DNA of 64,000 bases from Phoronis australis (Eukaryota > Animalia > Phoronida): contig NMRA01000687.1 of assembly GCA_002633005.1 (NCBI GenBank), positions 124,001 to 188,000 on the forward strand, given 5' to 3'. The position numbers were made by a program, and so were the translations under genes. Under the pieces are notes generated by a model. That model ran no database searches, was not told where the DNA came from, and saw nothing but the letters and a program-made list of their open reading frames with translations. Positions 52,060 to 64,000 of the stretch are shown piece after piece; the first letter of the stretch is position 1, and each line of letters begins with the position of its first letter.

Positions 52060-55000
52060 CAGGGCGCGGGCATGGAATTTGTACCGCAAGCTTGGTGTTG
52101 GTTGGTGCGGGACTGGGGTTTCTGAGATCGAAGATAGAACTTAAAGGTGCGGCCACGGATTCGTTTCCACAAGTCGAATTAATTTGTTTCCGTTAACTGC
52201 TTGTCGCATTTCCTTTAAAAGGAAAATTTCTTATATGCTGTCTAAATTTGCAAATCATTAACTACTGTAAGTTAATTAGCCATACGTAGTGTGTCAAACA
52301 TTTCATGCGGTGATAGAAAAGGAATTTTATCTCTAGACAGATCACACAAGGCACCACTGAGCACGTATGACAGACTGACAAAATTTCTCATGATGACTAT
52401 TTTTGGGAACAGTTGTTAATTCTTCCCCATGTCTTCACAGAACACCGTCACGAAACAGCCCGCGAACAGCAATGTCCTTTATTGATACAAGAGTCCGCGG
52501 ATTCGTCCACCATCTTGAATATGTAATTAGGTAGAGTAAACAAATCGATTCACACTTGTTTCCTATGTAAGTGGATGGCGAGTAAGAGCTCTTCAAACTT
52601 TTATTTTTTCGAAGGACACCGACCACAACTCGAAACCGTGGACTCGTGTATTCTGACCCGGAAGTGATGTCAAATCACGTGATGCATTGTCTTTCCTCTG
52701 ACCAAGGGTGTCTCTGTATAGTTAGATTGCATCTGCAGCAATTTGCACTGGAAATTCATCTCTTGGAATAGGTCAGGTTTGGCGTCAGTTTTGAGTTATG
52801 CTTGACAAGTACGTTCACTGAATTTGGTTTGCTTTTGTGAGCATGTCGGAAATTAGAAAAGTTCACGATTTCGGTTGTAGATACACTTTTCTTCAAAATT
52901 CAAAATGGGGGCTCCCTTTAGAAATATTTCGTTGCCGCTGAGCAACTGAGGAATTTGCAGCAATTTCAGCGGGTAAACCCAAAAACAACCCAGAATTGCA
53001 AAAAAAACTCATCGCATGCAGCTATTTTTGCTCACACTTGTGGAATCTGTATTGAATTTGCTTTCAGAATTTAGTGTTGCATTGTGTAGGGAAATAGCTG
53101 CAAAGTGATGGCTTGGGAGTGAAAAGTGTCAATTTTGTGCTTTTTGACACATTTTTTCGGAGCCTAGCTCCCTTTTTTCGGTAGAAGTGAAACGGACAAA
53201 ATATGAGGCAGGATAAAGTTTCTGTGGTCATGTGGCAGCGCTTTTGAGGAGAAATGAGTCGCAACTTTTTATTTTGTTCATAGAGTTTTCGACAGTGTAA
53301 GAAAGGCGGCAAGTCCAGTGAGTTGTCTACCGCAAGCCCATTGAGAACTGTTCAGTGCCTCCAAAAACTACACCATAGGATTATGGGTAACACAAGCAGT
53401 TGGTCACGTGATATTTATGAGGTCGTGCTTTTATAAACACGGCATCAAAACATTGATTGTTTACGTTTCATTAGTTCACTAATTTGGGGAATTGTTTGAA
53501 TTTTGTTACGTGTATTACTTGTAGAGTAAAATCAAGAGGAAGACGTTGCATAGGCACAAAACATCTAAATTGAAGTCATTAATAATCTTTATAAGGACTC
53601 CAGTCCTTATGACCTTGCAAGAGCTGCGAAAAAGCTGAAACGGTTATCGACGCAAGTCGTTAGACCTTTATTAAAAAGAAAGAAAGCAAGAATAAAATGC
53701 GAGTTGCACGTTTTGCACACAAAACATTGCTCGCGAGCACGTATATTCGGTTTTGCTGCACTTATACAGCGAGTGTGTGTGGCAGTCTTGCAGTCCTCGG
53801 CCCAACGTACATATTACAATAAATGTTCTCGCCGACTTTCTAAATGCCCCCCAAACCACAACAAATTGTTGACCAGCGTGCTACTTGTTTGGCGGCCGTC
53901 AATTACAGGTTTGAATGAATACGTATACAAGAAGTGACCATTGGGCAAACGAGTTTAATGCAGAGTAAATTACGCGTGAAAATCTCAACTATATACTGCG
54001 TTAAATTAGGGATATATTATAAGCTGGCAATTCAGTCCGTTAATTAAGGGGAGCCCGTGACAGACAACGTTAGCCAAGCATTGCGACGAACTTTCAAAAC
54101 GAGATATCCTACGTGTTTTGTAAAGCAGTAATTTTCTGCGCATTGTCCTCGGCGGCGCTATGTCGCCCTGCCCAGTGGCGACCCTTTTGCTTGTGGGTTA
54201 CGAGTCTTCCTAGAAAAAAGACCTGTCGTGATAACGAACATGAGCGGACGGCTGTATCTAGTGAAACTAAAGTAGCTGCAGAGGGTATGGACAAAAAGTG
54301 TCACGAGAATAAGTGCCTGTTTCTATTTTTTTATGTAAATTCCGTGCGACATTTTCAATTTTCGAAATTTGTCCTAGCACCATCCAGACGATTACCCAAC
54401 TAAATCTAGAATTACTTTTTACAATGGCGAGTTATCATTGTTGTTATTTATGAGCTAAAACTGTGTAACGAGACTGGTTTATTTACTATTTGCTATTAGT
54501 AAGTATTTCCTATGACAGGTTGCCAGATTCAGACTTTTTAACGTAAATAAGATATTAAAAAACACACTGCCTCGGCAGTTTGCAGAGCAAGCGTTAACTA
54601 AAGGTAAATTGCCAATTCTGTTGGAGCCCCTTGTACAATGGCCTAATTAACATATATTTGTCAAGTTTCATTCTTCAAATCAGAAAGCAGACGATGAAAA
54701 CACACGTGACCAATTATAAGATTGTTTTGACGTTGCTTGGAGCAATCACGATTTTTATGCCAGTGCATCTAGAGAAATCGTATCTCAAAACAAAATAGCT
54801 TTTCCCTGTCACACGAGGAAGACGAACGCAAATGATGTGGCTGTTCCAGTTTACGACAGTTTTATTCGATAACGACCGATGAATATCATGTATTGTGAGT
54901 TTCCAGTGACTTCTGCAGACGACATCGAAAATGGAAAATTTGCAGTGAATTATCCACATATCGTAAATCAGACAAGCACGGTATGAGACTAAAATGAGCT

Positions 55001-58000
55001 CGCGCGTGTGCGGGTGGCTCAATTTCTTTTCTGACACTACTCTGCCGTAACATGTTAATTAGCAATTATAAAAATCATCAAATTCGCTATTCCATTGCGT
55101 GGAACTGAACTAGTAGAGAAAATAATATCAACCAAAACTATTTCAATATTATCAACCGTCATCAGCATATTGTAAGGTGCAATCTTATGAAAACATGACC
55201 ATGAAACTATGGCCATTTCTTGTTTCAGGAACTGCATGTTTCTAGTACTATTCCATACCTAGTTTGAGGTCTAGTTTTGAGCGAGATTCCTAGAATCTGA
55301 TCGTAACGAAAAGGGACTCACGCCAATCGTAACTTTACACAGGTTGTTATTAACACCAACGTACATGTATATAAGTCCATGTTATTAGTAAGCAATATTT
55401 GATGTTCTCTCGAGTAATAACAAGCAACTAGTCTAATTAATTCAGTGTTTCTGTACACATGTAAATATACTTACCGCTCCGGTATGTGTGCGAATTATCA
55501 AATTTATGGTGAAATAGTCTCCGCCCTAAACATTTACAAAATTACTACCGACCAAGATCAAAAGATGATTTTCTTGCCCCACTTCATACGAGTGTTTATT
55601 TAACTAACTCGAAACATGCCTTCGCCAGACCAAAGCCTGATTACCGACAACTGCTAGCCAATTAACGAATCAGGCTAGGTTTGCAAAAAAGCAACATAAC
55701 GAATCCATCATCGCCACTTTGCCATCGTGTCTGGCTACTCCACTTGAGGCATCGGACAGAGTTAGAGCTCCGTAGGCCGAGATCAGGAAAACATGTTGTT
55801 TTAATAATAAAAATATGAGAAGAAAAACCTGACCCCCAACAATGCCCAATTTTGAACACGGGACAGGTTGATGGCGATTCTAAAGAGGTATCGAGTTATG
55901 TGTAGTTTAATTACATACTCTTGAATAGTCTAATCAGTGAAAGCAAACAAGCATTGTTCATTGGTATGACGAAGCGTAACTAACTTCTTGACATCGGTAT
56001 GTTTATTTTCTCGTGATTTTGGGGAGAAAAGCTTCTGCTGCACGTGACGTGTAATTTATTGGAACGGCTGTGATATCAACGTCGTATTCGGCAACAAAAA
56101 TCAATTAAAATATGCACAGAGTATAATATTGATATATCATTCACCATGAAAAATGCAGGTGATATGTATGAGTACACGCGGCCTTGCAGTTTTCACCCAT
56201 AGAAAATGTTAAAACGATGGACATGCATTGTGGGAAATACAAAAGACAGGCTTCAGTTGCCTGTTTCTTATACACCAGATCGCTGGACTGAGGATGTTGC
56301 GTTATCCGTGCACATGTACTTTCATAAAACTAAGAATATTGTAATATATTGACCTTTTGACGTTTTCACGACGCATCCCTCTGGTGTGAACTTTTGGAAC
56401 TAAGTTATTGATGAAACCCGCTCGACCATTCGTGCTCGTATTGTTTGGCTCCACATACCAGGTCATTCTTCGCGCGGTTAATTCAGCGTCTGGTTCAACC
56501 ATTGTTACGAAGGATTATTGTTTGCATCCTGCGACTTTATGCTCCAAACACGTCATTTTGCCTCTGGAGTTGTCCTCCTGTTTTCGTTCGTCTTGACCTT
56601 AGGTGGATGACCTTAGCGCGTGCTAATTTGCATGTCTTGTCACTTTCCGAATAAGACTAACGTAAACAAGGGCGAATATAGAAATTCCGTTGTCCGACTT
56701 ACGGTCGCAAGGTTCAAGCTTGGCCCGAGGGTGTTAGATTAAGCTTTGAGGGGTACAAAATAAACAGACTTAAACAGATATAGCTTTAGGGCAGGGACAC
56801 GGTCCGCAGCTCTCAAAAAGTTACTCGGAAACATAATGGCTTCAATTGTTTAATTTGCTTATCGTGATGAAAAAGAATGCCAGAAATTAACCATGAATGA
56901 AAAATGAAATACCTGGCAATCTGATAGAACTATGTACGTTGCACATATGTGCTAAGAAACAGGAAAGGGAAAGGCGTACTCATGTCATCAAATTGCGTTT
57001 TACCGCAATCCCCATGGGACCGACATGGTTACAACATGACAGTATTCAACACTCACAGCATCGCCCACAGGGTACGAGGCTACTTCACATTAAAAAAGCT
57101 GAACTCATTTGAACTCTTTGCAGAGGTTATCACCCTCTCAACCCCGGGGTGTAATGACTAAGTGAATCAATTAACACAATTTCTGTAATAGCTATTGTGT
57201 AATGAAATGTCACTGACGTCCCTGTGATTTTGTTACAATCACAGACCCGCTTGTTTCGGGGTTGTCATTATTGTTTCGATCACTAATGTTGAGATTACAT
57301 TACATCGTTCTTTTTTCTATCAGTAACTATTACTGAAGCACAGATTGCAACACGAGATATCATACTATAACAGTGCAACGTAACTTGTCCGTGCCTCTTA
57401 GGATTCAGCATAATTCAGTGAATTCGAGATGCGTCATTTTTTCAACTGCGTTGGAGCTAGGCAGATTAGAGAAATGTCGAGTGAAGTATTTTCATAAATC
57501 TCCGCCACAAATGAAGATTGTTGAAAAACAACCACTGACGAGTTGTGTCCACGCGTCTAAATGTATTCAAATTCTACGGTTTATAAGGTGAACTTCTGCA
57601 TTTCAAGAAGGCTGTCAGCTGAAGGATAGCCAACGTGCTGAGTGTTATGGTGTGAAATTCGAAATCTAATTTTCACCACGCCGACGATAGTCAAGTCATA
57701 ACTTTTCTTTACCAAGTCGATATTATGCTTTGCCGTGGATTAGTGTATACCGAAGCCAAGGGCAATGTTTTGTAGTTGACACATATATCGATCTGCCCAA
57801 GTCAATCAGGTACTAGATCATCGACTACTGACCCATTTCGTCACTGGAGAGTGACTGGACGAAATCGATTTTCGACATTGCCCTGAACAATTGAACAGGG
57901 GAAAAAATGGGCTTTGTGGGGATAATTCGGCGAGACTTTAAATTGGCAACGCACCATATTTATTTAGGAATTTAGCTGCGCGTCTTACATAATTGATACT

Positions 58001-61000
58001 GATCAAACATGTGTTATCGACTCGTTGAGTCTGAAACTAAAAAATGGTTGATGCGTCACTCCATTAATTGTATACGTTGCAACGTTGCATCAGTTTTTAA
58101 TGCAAATGCGAAGTTCTAAGGCACTTGTCAATACGTTTCAAAAGACATTTTCTGTCACGGCAAAGCTGAAGCATTCATTTGACGCATTACTAATTTCAGA
58201 ATCGAATTAATATGTCTAATTTCTGTTGGAAGTCTCGTCATTCGGATATCGTTTAATCAAACATTCCCTTGGGAATCCAAGTCGATCAATAGAAAGAAAT
58301 TGAAAGTGGTCACGGCACAAACAGAAACTAAATTAAACGAATTTGGAATACCACGCACCTGTTTCAGAAATGAGTCACGTAATTATTAAGTCAGTTGCTA
58401 AAAGGTCCCATTTTCGGAAGTTGGTGCCGTGTTAACTTAGGAAAATGTTCGGAAATTGTTAAGGCCAGTATCCCAGGTTTCAAACTTATAAAAATTTCAT
58501 TACGTCAGAGCCGTTTATATAACTGTTGGATTCCACCATTGACCGTAGTTCTAGATTTGCTGTCGTTTTTCATGATTGACACGCTGATAGCGCAAAACCA
58601 CGCCCAGACAATTAAACTCCGACATTTTATCATTGTTTAAACATTCAGACCATTTAAATAATAAACATTTTGCGGGGTTTTGACAGAGGTGGCCCGAGGG
58701 TGATCTCAAATTCAGCCCGTCTGCGGGAGAACTCAGTGGGTTTCCAGTCGTTAATTAATTGAGTATGGCGTTAACCAGCAACTTAACTTTCATGTTTTAT
58801 GTTACACGATTTGTGAGAATGTGCGGTTAGTTCAAGACTCTCGGGTATTCTCTATCGCCCGGTGCGGCCAATTTTAAACAATTTTCTCAGCAGGCCAGTT
58901 TAGAACCCAACAGCGCTGATAGCGGTAGAGTTCGTTTGCGACTAAAAATAGCAAATTTTCAGACTTCATTGTTTGTTTATTTTCCAATAAGCTTTTAAGT
59001 TATGAAGAAACAAATACGTCGTTTTCGTTAAAAGTCTCCCTGCGATTCTGTAACAAAATAGTCGTGGTACGGACTTGGCGTTTTTGACGTTTTACAGCTG
59101 CAACCTCTATCATAAAACACAGGTCAGTTTACAGGGTAAATTTCAAAATTCGGTGGTTTCTTAAAGTTACGCATATACCACAAAAACCTATTACCCCGTG
59201 GTTATTCGCAATTCGGGTTTTCCATCAATTGATTTTGAAAAAACATCGCTAAATATTTTTGCATGTATATAATTTGCAAACGTCTGTCAGCATTAGTAAC
59301 TGCGACATTTTTATGCTTGCCACGCAATTTATTTTCAAAAATGACTTTTGACAATGTAAATTCAAATCATTACAAATATGTAAATGATAGTTTGGAACAT
59401 CAACTCTCATTTACATAATTCATTGCATTATTTGGGATTAAGTGTTTAGCAAATAAAGCATTTCAAATATTTTAAATGTTTAGCTGAACAAATTACAATT
59501 GAAATCGCTGATGATAATATCTATGCATAAAAGTTAGAATAAATTTGTTTAAAATCTTTCTGACAATCAGATGGAAAAAGATACATTTTCCATGAATTAG
59601 AGTCGCAATTCCAAGTTTTGAACCTAGAGAATTTTTTCATAATATAAAAAGTTGAGCCATTCATTGTAAGAAGTTTTTATTATCCTGCTATATAATGCAA
59701 GAAAGGTTTACGATCACGAGAAATGGGTTCACTTAGCGGTCAAACATACTTAGAATAATTTGCAGTCTATCTAAAAAGGCTAACTGTTATTGTCACAGCG
59801 CAGTTCGACACGCAGAGGCAATCGTGCTAATTTGTCGATGTTAAATTGTCCCACAGGTAGCAGTTATGGATGAACATGTTACGGTCTTGGCGCATAATTC
59901 CTATGAAAATTGGAAAAATTTCGGGATTCAACCATGCACATATACGTATCTGCGGGAACACTTCCCGATATACACCCCCCCCCCCCCCNCTCAGCGTATC
60001 TAAAGATGAGCCCGTCTGCAATCAAATCCTGTACTTAGGCCTGAATTGCTCATATCTGAAAGTCTCGTTTGAAAATTGTAATGAACTTCAAGACGTCCGC
60101 GTGTTCGTCCTACGTATGTTCCTAAGGCGACAAGTTGTGACAATCTTGCAGGCGTTGTTTAGATGATAATACGTAATAACTTCTTTTGAATCATAATTAG
60201 CTCTTGATGATGTCATGAATAATTTGAACGAATCACCAGTATAACCTCAGAATTTCTTCCAAAGTAATTTCGCGCCACGTTTTCAAGCGAAAGAGATTTA
60301 TATCCTCTCAAGTTTAGTTTCGGGGCGTTGTCACAATGCTTGAGTTCTGTTACAGTGTTGGACGCAGGTGTATATTCAGTTCAACTTTTCGTAGTTCGCC
60401 ATAAAGTTCCCCAAATTATGACCTTTTTAATATCAGCTTGCCAAAAATGTATTCGGGGTGGGGGAAATCAATGATATCTTGCTCGAAACAGCCGTGAGCA
60501 AATTCCAATATAGAACGGTCAAATAATTCCCAAGAAATTGTCGAAAACAAATAAGTCACATTTACGCAACGACATACATGGTTGATTGACATAACAAAAG
60601 CAAGCTTGAAGGTATTTTAGGACCATATTTTCCTATCAACTAAACACTCCCAGTGATTTGCATAATTGATTTAAAGCGACATCAAATCCATGCTTTCTGT
60701 CAAGAAGCCAAGTTTTGATTTAGGTCACTTACTGTTTTAAAAAATGATCTTTTGTAGTTGCTCACACAATTTAGAAGTGACCTCTGTGCCCAGGAAGAAC
60801 CGGAAGCTCGTTATTTATTTTTTAAGAAATAACGGACTATCAGTTCTTTATGAGCTCAGAGATCACCTCCAAACTTCATAAGGAACAAGGCAAAACCTAG
60901 TAACTAACGGCAAGTGACCTAATTAAAAATTTGGTTGGTTGACAGAAACACCGGTTTGATGACACGACCACCGTGTCGTCGCCTGTTACCGCGCTGGCTA

Positions 61001-61384
61001 AAGAAAGTGATTGACACGCATCTCTTTCAAAAATATTCCAACGAAAACGGCCACAGCAACCATTACGAATTTATGATGCAAACCACAAGTGTGCAGTGAA
61101 TTCGAACTGGAATGATAAAAATCCATACCTGAATCGAATGCAGGTTGAAAACGTGTCTGAAGTGAACCCTTGTCTCGTATTCAGCTGTTGAATCGAGCTT
61201 TATTAGACAGAGTGCGTAGAAATCAATTTCCAACCCCTTTTACTTTGGCTTTTTGCAAAACTTTAATGGTTTGACCTAAAATAAACAGTGTATTCTCCTA
61301 CGTGTGTATGTATAGATTAGCCGTATTGTGTGTCATATACACGTCTAAAGGATTTCTATAGCGAGCACAACAATAGCGGAAAAA

Positions 61385-61450
61385 ATGGCAGAGCCACTTG
61401 GTACATACCCGAGCGTGCTGCTACCTGACGGGGAAATATGCACCTACCAG
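61385..61450 (+). CDS. Coding exon of an unidentified gene divergent from Pax6 (MAEPLGTYPSVLLPDGEICTYQ)
   Basis: AAAAATGG start context and consensus donor CAG|GTAAGA at 61450/61451. A possible acceptor ttctatag at 61361 keeps the frame open, so the exon could be internal. No family recognised. Confidence 0.6.
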
Positions 61451-62550
61451 GTAAGAAAAAGTGATTTGTTGTCACTGGTAAATGATGACATAAAAGAGGA
61501 GTGGTTCACAATAATATACTTGACGACACGAAATGCCACGTTTGGTTTCATTACTCGTTATGAAACAACAAAATTATTTTTTTGTTAAGTTGACTGAACC
61601 TTTGAAACGTTTTTGTGCACACAAGGAACTAACATTTGGTAAAGACTAACATTTTATTTAGGACAAGTAGCCCTAAAAATTTGATTTTAATTTATTCTTT
61701 ACTCGGGTTGGAGGCGATTTCCTTGAGAAGTTAAGGTAATTCTTCAGTCATTCCACACAAAAATATTTTTGACAAAACTTGGAAAATTTTCTCTATTTTC
61801 AAATGTTGATTACTTTACTGCAAATCACGGAAACTTTGCCAAACGTTGGTTTATGACGTCAACACAGTACAAGATAATATTTGACAGACATTTCCGCAAT
61901 CCTTGCTTTCGTTGCGAAATTTCTAGTTTGACAAAATAAAATTTCCCTTGTCTGCTAAGTAAGCGGAAAATTACCGTGGCTCATTTGCCACAGCGGGTAA
62001 GTTAATGCACCCAACATCGTATCAAGCAGTACTAACATAGAAATCATTCCTAAGATGAGTAATGAACATTTTGTTCTAGCAGAAAACTGTCAAAACCAAA
62101 AGCCCGTTTTTGAGGTCTAAGCCATGTTTATAGCTACTCTAAGTGTAGCCCCAATCAAAAGACTAAACGTTTTCAACTACCATGTTATTTAATAAGTGCA
62201 CATGTTCTTGACTACGGGCATATTGTGTAGAAAGCATTTTTGTATTGTTACTGTCTTTATAACGAACATATCAATGTCACAGCCACCCGTATTCATACCA
62301 CGTTATAGCTGGGTGCGGATCACCTTCACTGGTTCAGTCTCATTTTTAAAAGTACAACCTCGGTCACAGCTTCTGGACGCGCATAGTAAAACAGTTTCAG
62401 TATAAACACTATGTGAACTTCTGTTATTTCTATTATAAATATATATAAAAATATAAGTGCCAACATTTTCTAGGACTCTGTGTTACACAGAGGCTATTTA
62501 TATTGTAACATCTTTACTCTAACAAGTGACTGTATGTAAAATAAAACAAC

Positions 62551-62670
62551 GTTTGACGCTGAAGAAGAGCAGCTGTGGCATCGAAAGCTTGTGCTTTTCA
62601 AACTATACAGGTGTAATGCCGACTTGTGTTTTGCAGTATTTTGCAATTATTTTATTACCTCAGCTTTTGT
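62551..62670 (+). mobile_element. Penelope-like retroelement terminal remnant with a degenerate minimal hammerhead core
   Basis: CTGAAGA (62559-62565), then aGAGC-agctgtg-GCaTC, then GAAA-GCTT: the layout of minimal type I hammerheads in Penelope pLTRs. Confidence 0.45.
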
Positions 62671-63690
62671 TTTTGTGATCTTACCATGAATGTAAATTGG
62701 AGTTCGTTTACCCAACAACTTTCTCTGTTCTCTTAAAGGGACATTGTTGGCGACAAAAGTGCATTTTATCGCAGCCTATACACCTTATTCATGCTGTCAC
62801 CATTTTAAAAGAGAGCCTCTTTTTAAAAACAACGCATTTTGCGCTTAATCGCAGCACAAAGCATATTTTTTGGTGTGTCTCATTTTATTTATGTCTCAAA
62901 TGCGTTGTTTTTTTTTTAAACCTAAAAAGAGACTCATTACTAAAATGGCGACTGCGTGAATAAGGTGTATAGCAAAATCTCACTCCGGTGATAACTGGCC
63001 AAGTATTTCAAGCGTATTTCATTTGTGAAGTCATCGTCCGTGATTGTCGCGAATATTAGGCATGCAGCGGCAAGAATTGGCGATATGAAATAAAATCACA
63101 ATATCACAGCGGATTGTATTTTTTTATAGCTCAGGGGTCTGTTTCCTGAAAAATGACTTCAGATCGAAATTTTGTCTGCCGTCCCAACCTCGCAGTCGCT
63201 GAATGAAGTTCTAGCCAAGTCATTAGCAACGCATCACACTCTAGAAATAAATAATGAAATTGTCACAACAACTAGAAGTTATTTGCACATGATTCTCAGA
63301 GGCTTTGCATTTTTGCTCAAATGAAATTTAACACATTTCTTCAGAAATAGTTGTTTGGAGGGTAATACCAAATTTTTACGTAAGTCTTAAGTCGTCTTTC
63401 ACGGAATAGACACCTACTTTAGAATCCTAGGTTTACCCTGTCCAATCAGCCGTAAAACAGTGTCCCTTTCACCGACCCAATTAGAGTGCTGCATACTCTT
63501 TCCTGTGTTTTCAAAATAAAATTAGACTCATCATCAAATGAAGTATTTAACTAAATTAGGAATAGTTTTCCTAAATTACTACCTTCATGTTTTTTGTGTT
63601 TTGCTACCGTTTTTTTAACTTCAAGAAAAGTGTTTTTTTTTCGGTTGTGGTGTTCATTTTAACTGGTACACCACCACAAATTAAAAAAAA

Positions 63691-64000
63691 TTAAAGTTTG
63701 TTCTCGTCCTGTTTAACTGGTCAGAAAAAAATGAATTAGCCCCTCTACTCTTATAAATATAGGTCTCGTTATATTCCTTACCGTGATAGGATTCTATTTC
63801 CGAAATCCCAAACACTGTGTTCATGCGACATTTTCGAATTTGAAATAAACTCTGAAGCGTTTTCTTGTGTCGCCAATGGTTTCAATGTTGTCATTGGTAG
63901 CGGAAATAAAATCCTATCACCGTAGCGAATATTATGAGACCAAGTTTATGAGAGTGAAAACTAATTCGATTTTATTTTTTAACCAGCTAAAAATTCTATG
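63691..64000. mobile_element. Family A MITE copy, right end cut by the window edge
   Basis: Starts TTAAAG; long inverted arms ggtctcgttatattccttaccgtgataggatt and aatcctatcaccgtagcgaatattatgagacc. Confidence 0.75.

Noticed and set aside
57759-57884. 10-bp inverted repeat agggcaatgt/acattgccct
   Set aside because: Probably a decayed MITE, but it is single-copy in the window with no clear target duplication.
59975-59990. Poly-C run as a G-quadruplex or Gly/Pro-coding tract
   Set aside because: Homopolymer next to an N, so its length and context are unreliable.

Overview
AT-rich animal (eukaryotic) genomic DNA with spliceosomal introns; most ORFs in the six-frame track are noise. The main content is an essentially complete Pax6 gene on the minus strand. 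I assembled nine phase-compatible GT-AG coding exons by hand (45225 to 25700; 1362 nt = 453 aa + stop): paired domain, MYDKLGLLN linker motif, S50 homeodomain and PST tail ending GLISPGVSVPIQVPG...YWPRIN. The linker and tail look spiralian/lophotrochozoan-like (inference). A second N-terminal exon (47551-47598) and candidate distal first exons (about 49.9 kb and 52 kb) imply alternative promoters. Facing the Pax6 3' end on the plus strand is the last coding exon of an ANKS1 (Odin/AIDA-1)-like PTB-domain gene (10810-10962), apparently preceded by an intron of more than 10 kb. An unidentified plus-strand gene has an exon at about 61.4 kb. Repeats include a TTAA-bounded Kolobok-like MITE family (6 copies), a nest of palindromic MITEs at 16-20 kb, tandem duplications, microsatellites and a degenerate Penelope-type hammerhead core. 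Single Ns lie at 15214 and 59989. I found no clear-cut new multi-gene system. The best leads are the Pax6 isoform logic (alternative N-termini, an in-frame competing donor, a possible paired-less isoform) and a possible ANKS1-bystander regulatory block analogous to vertebrate ELP4-PAX6.
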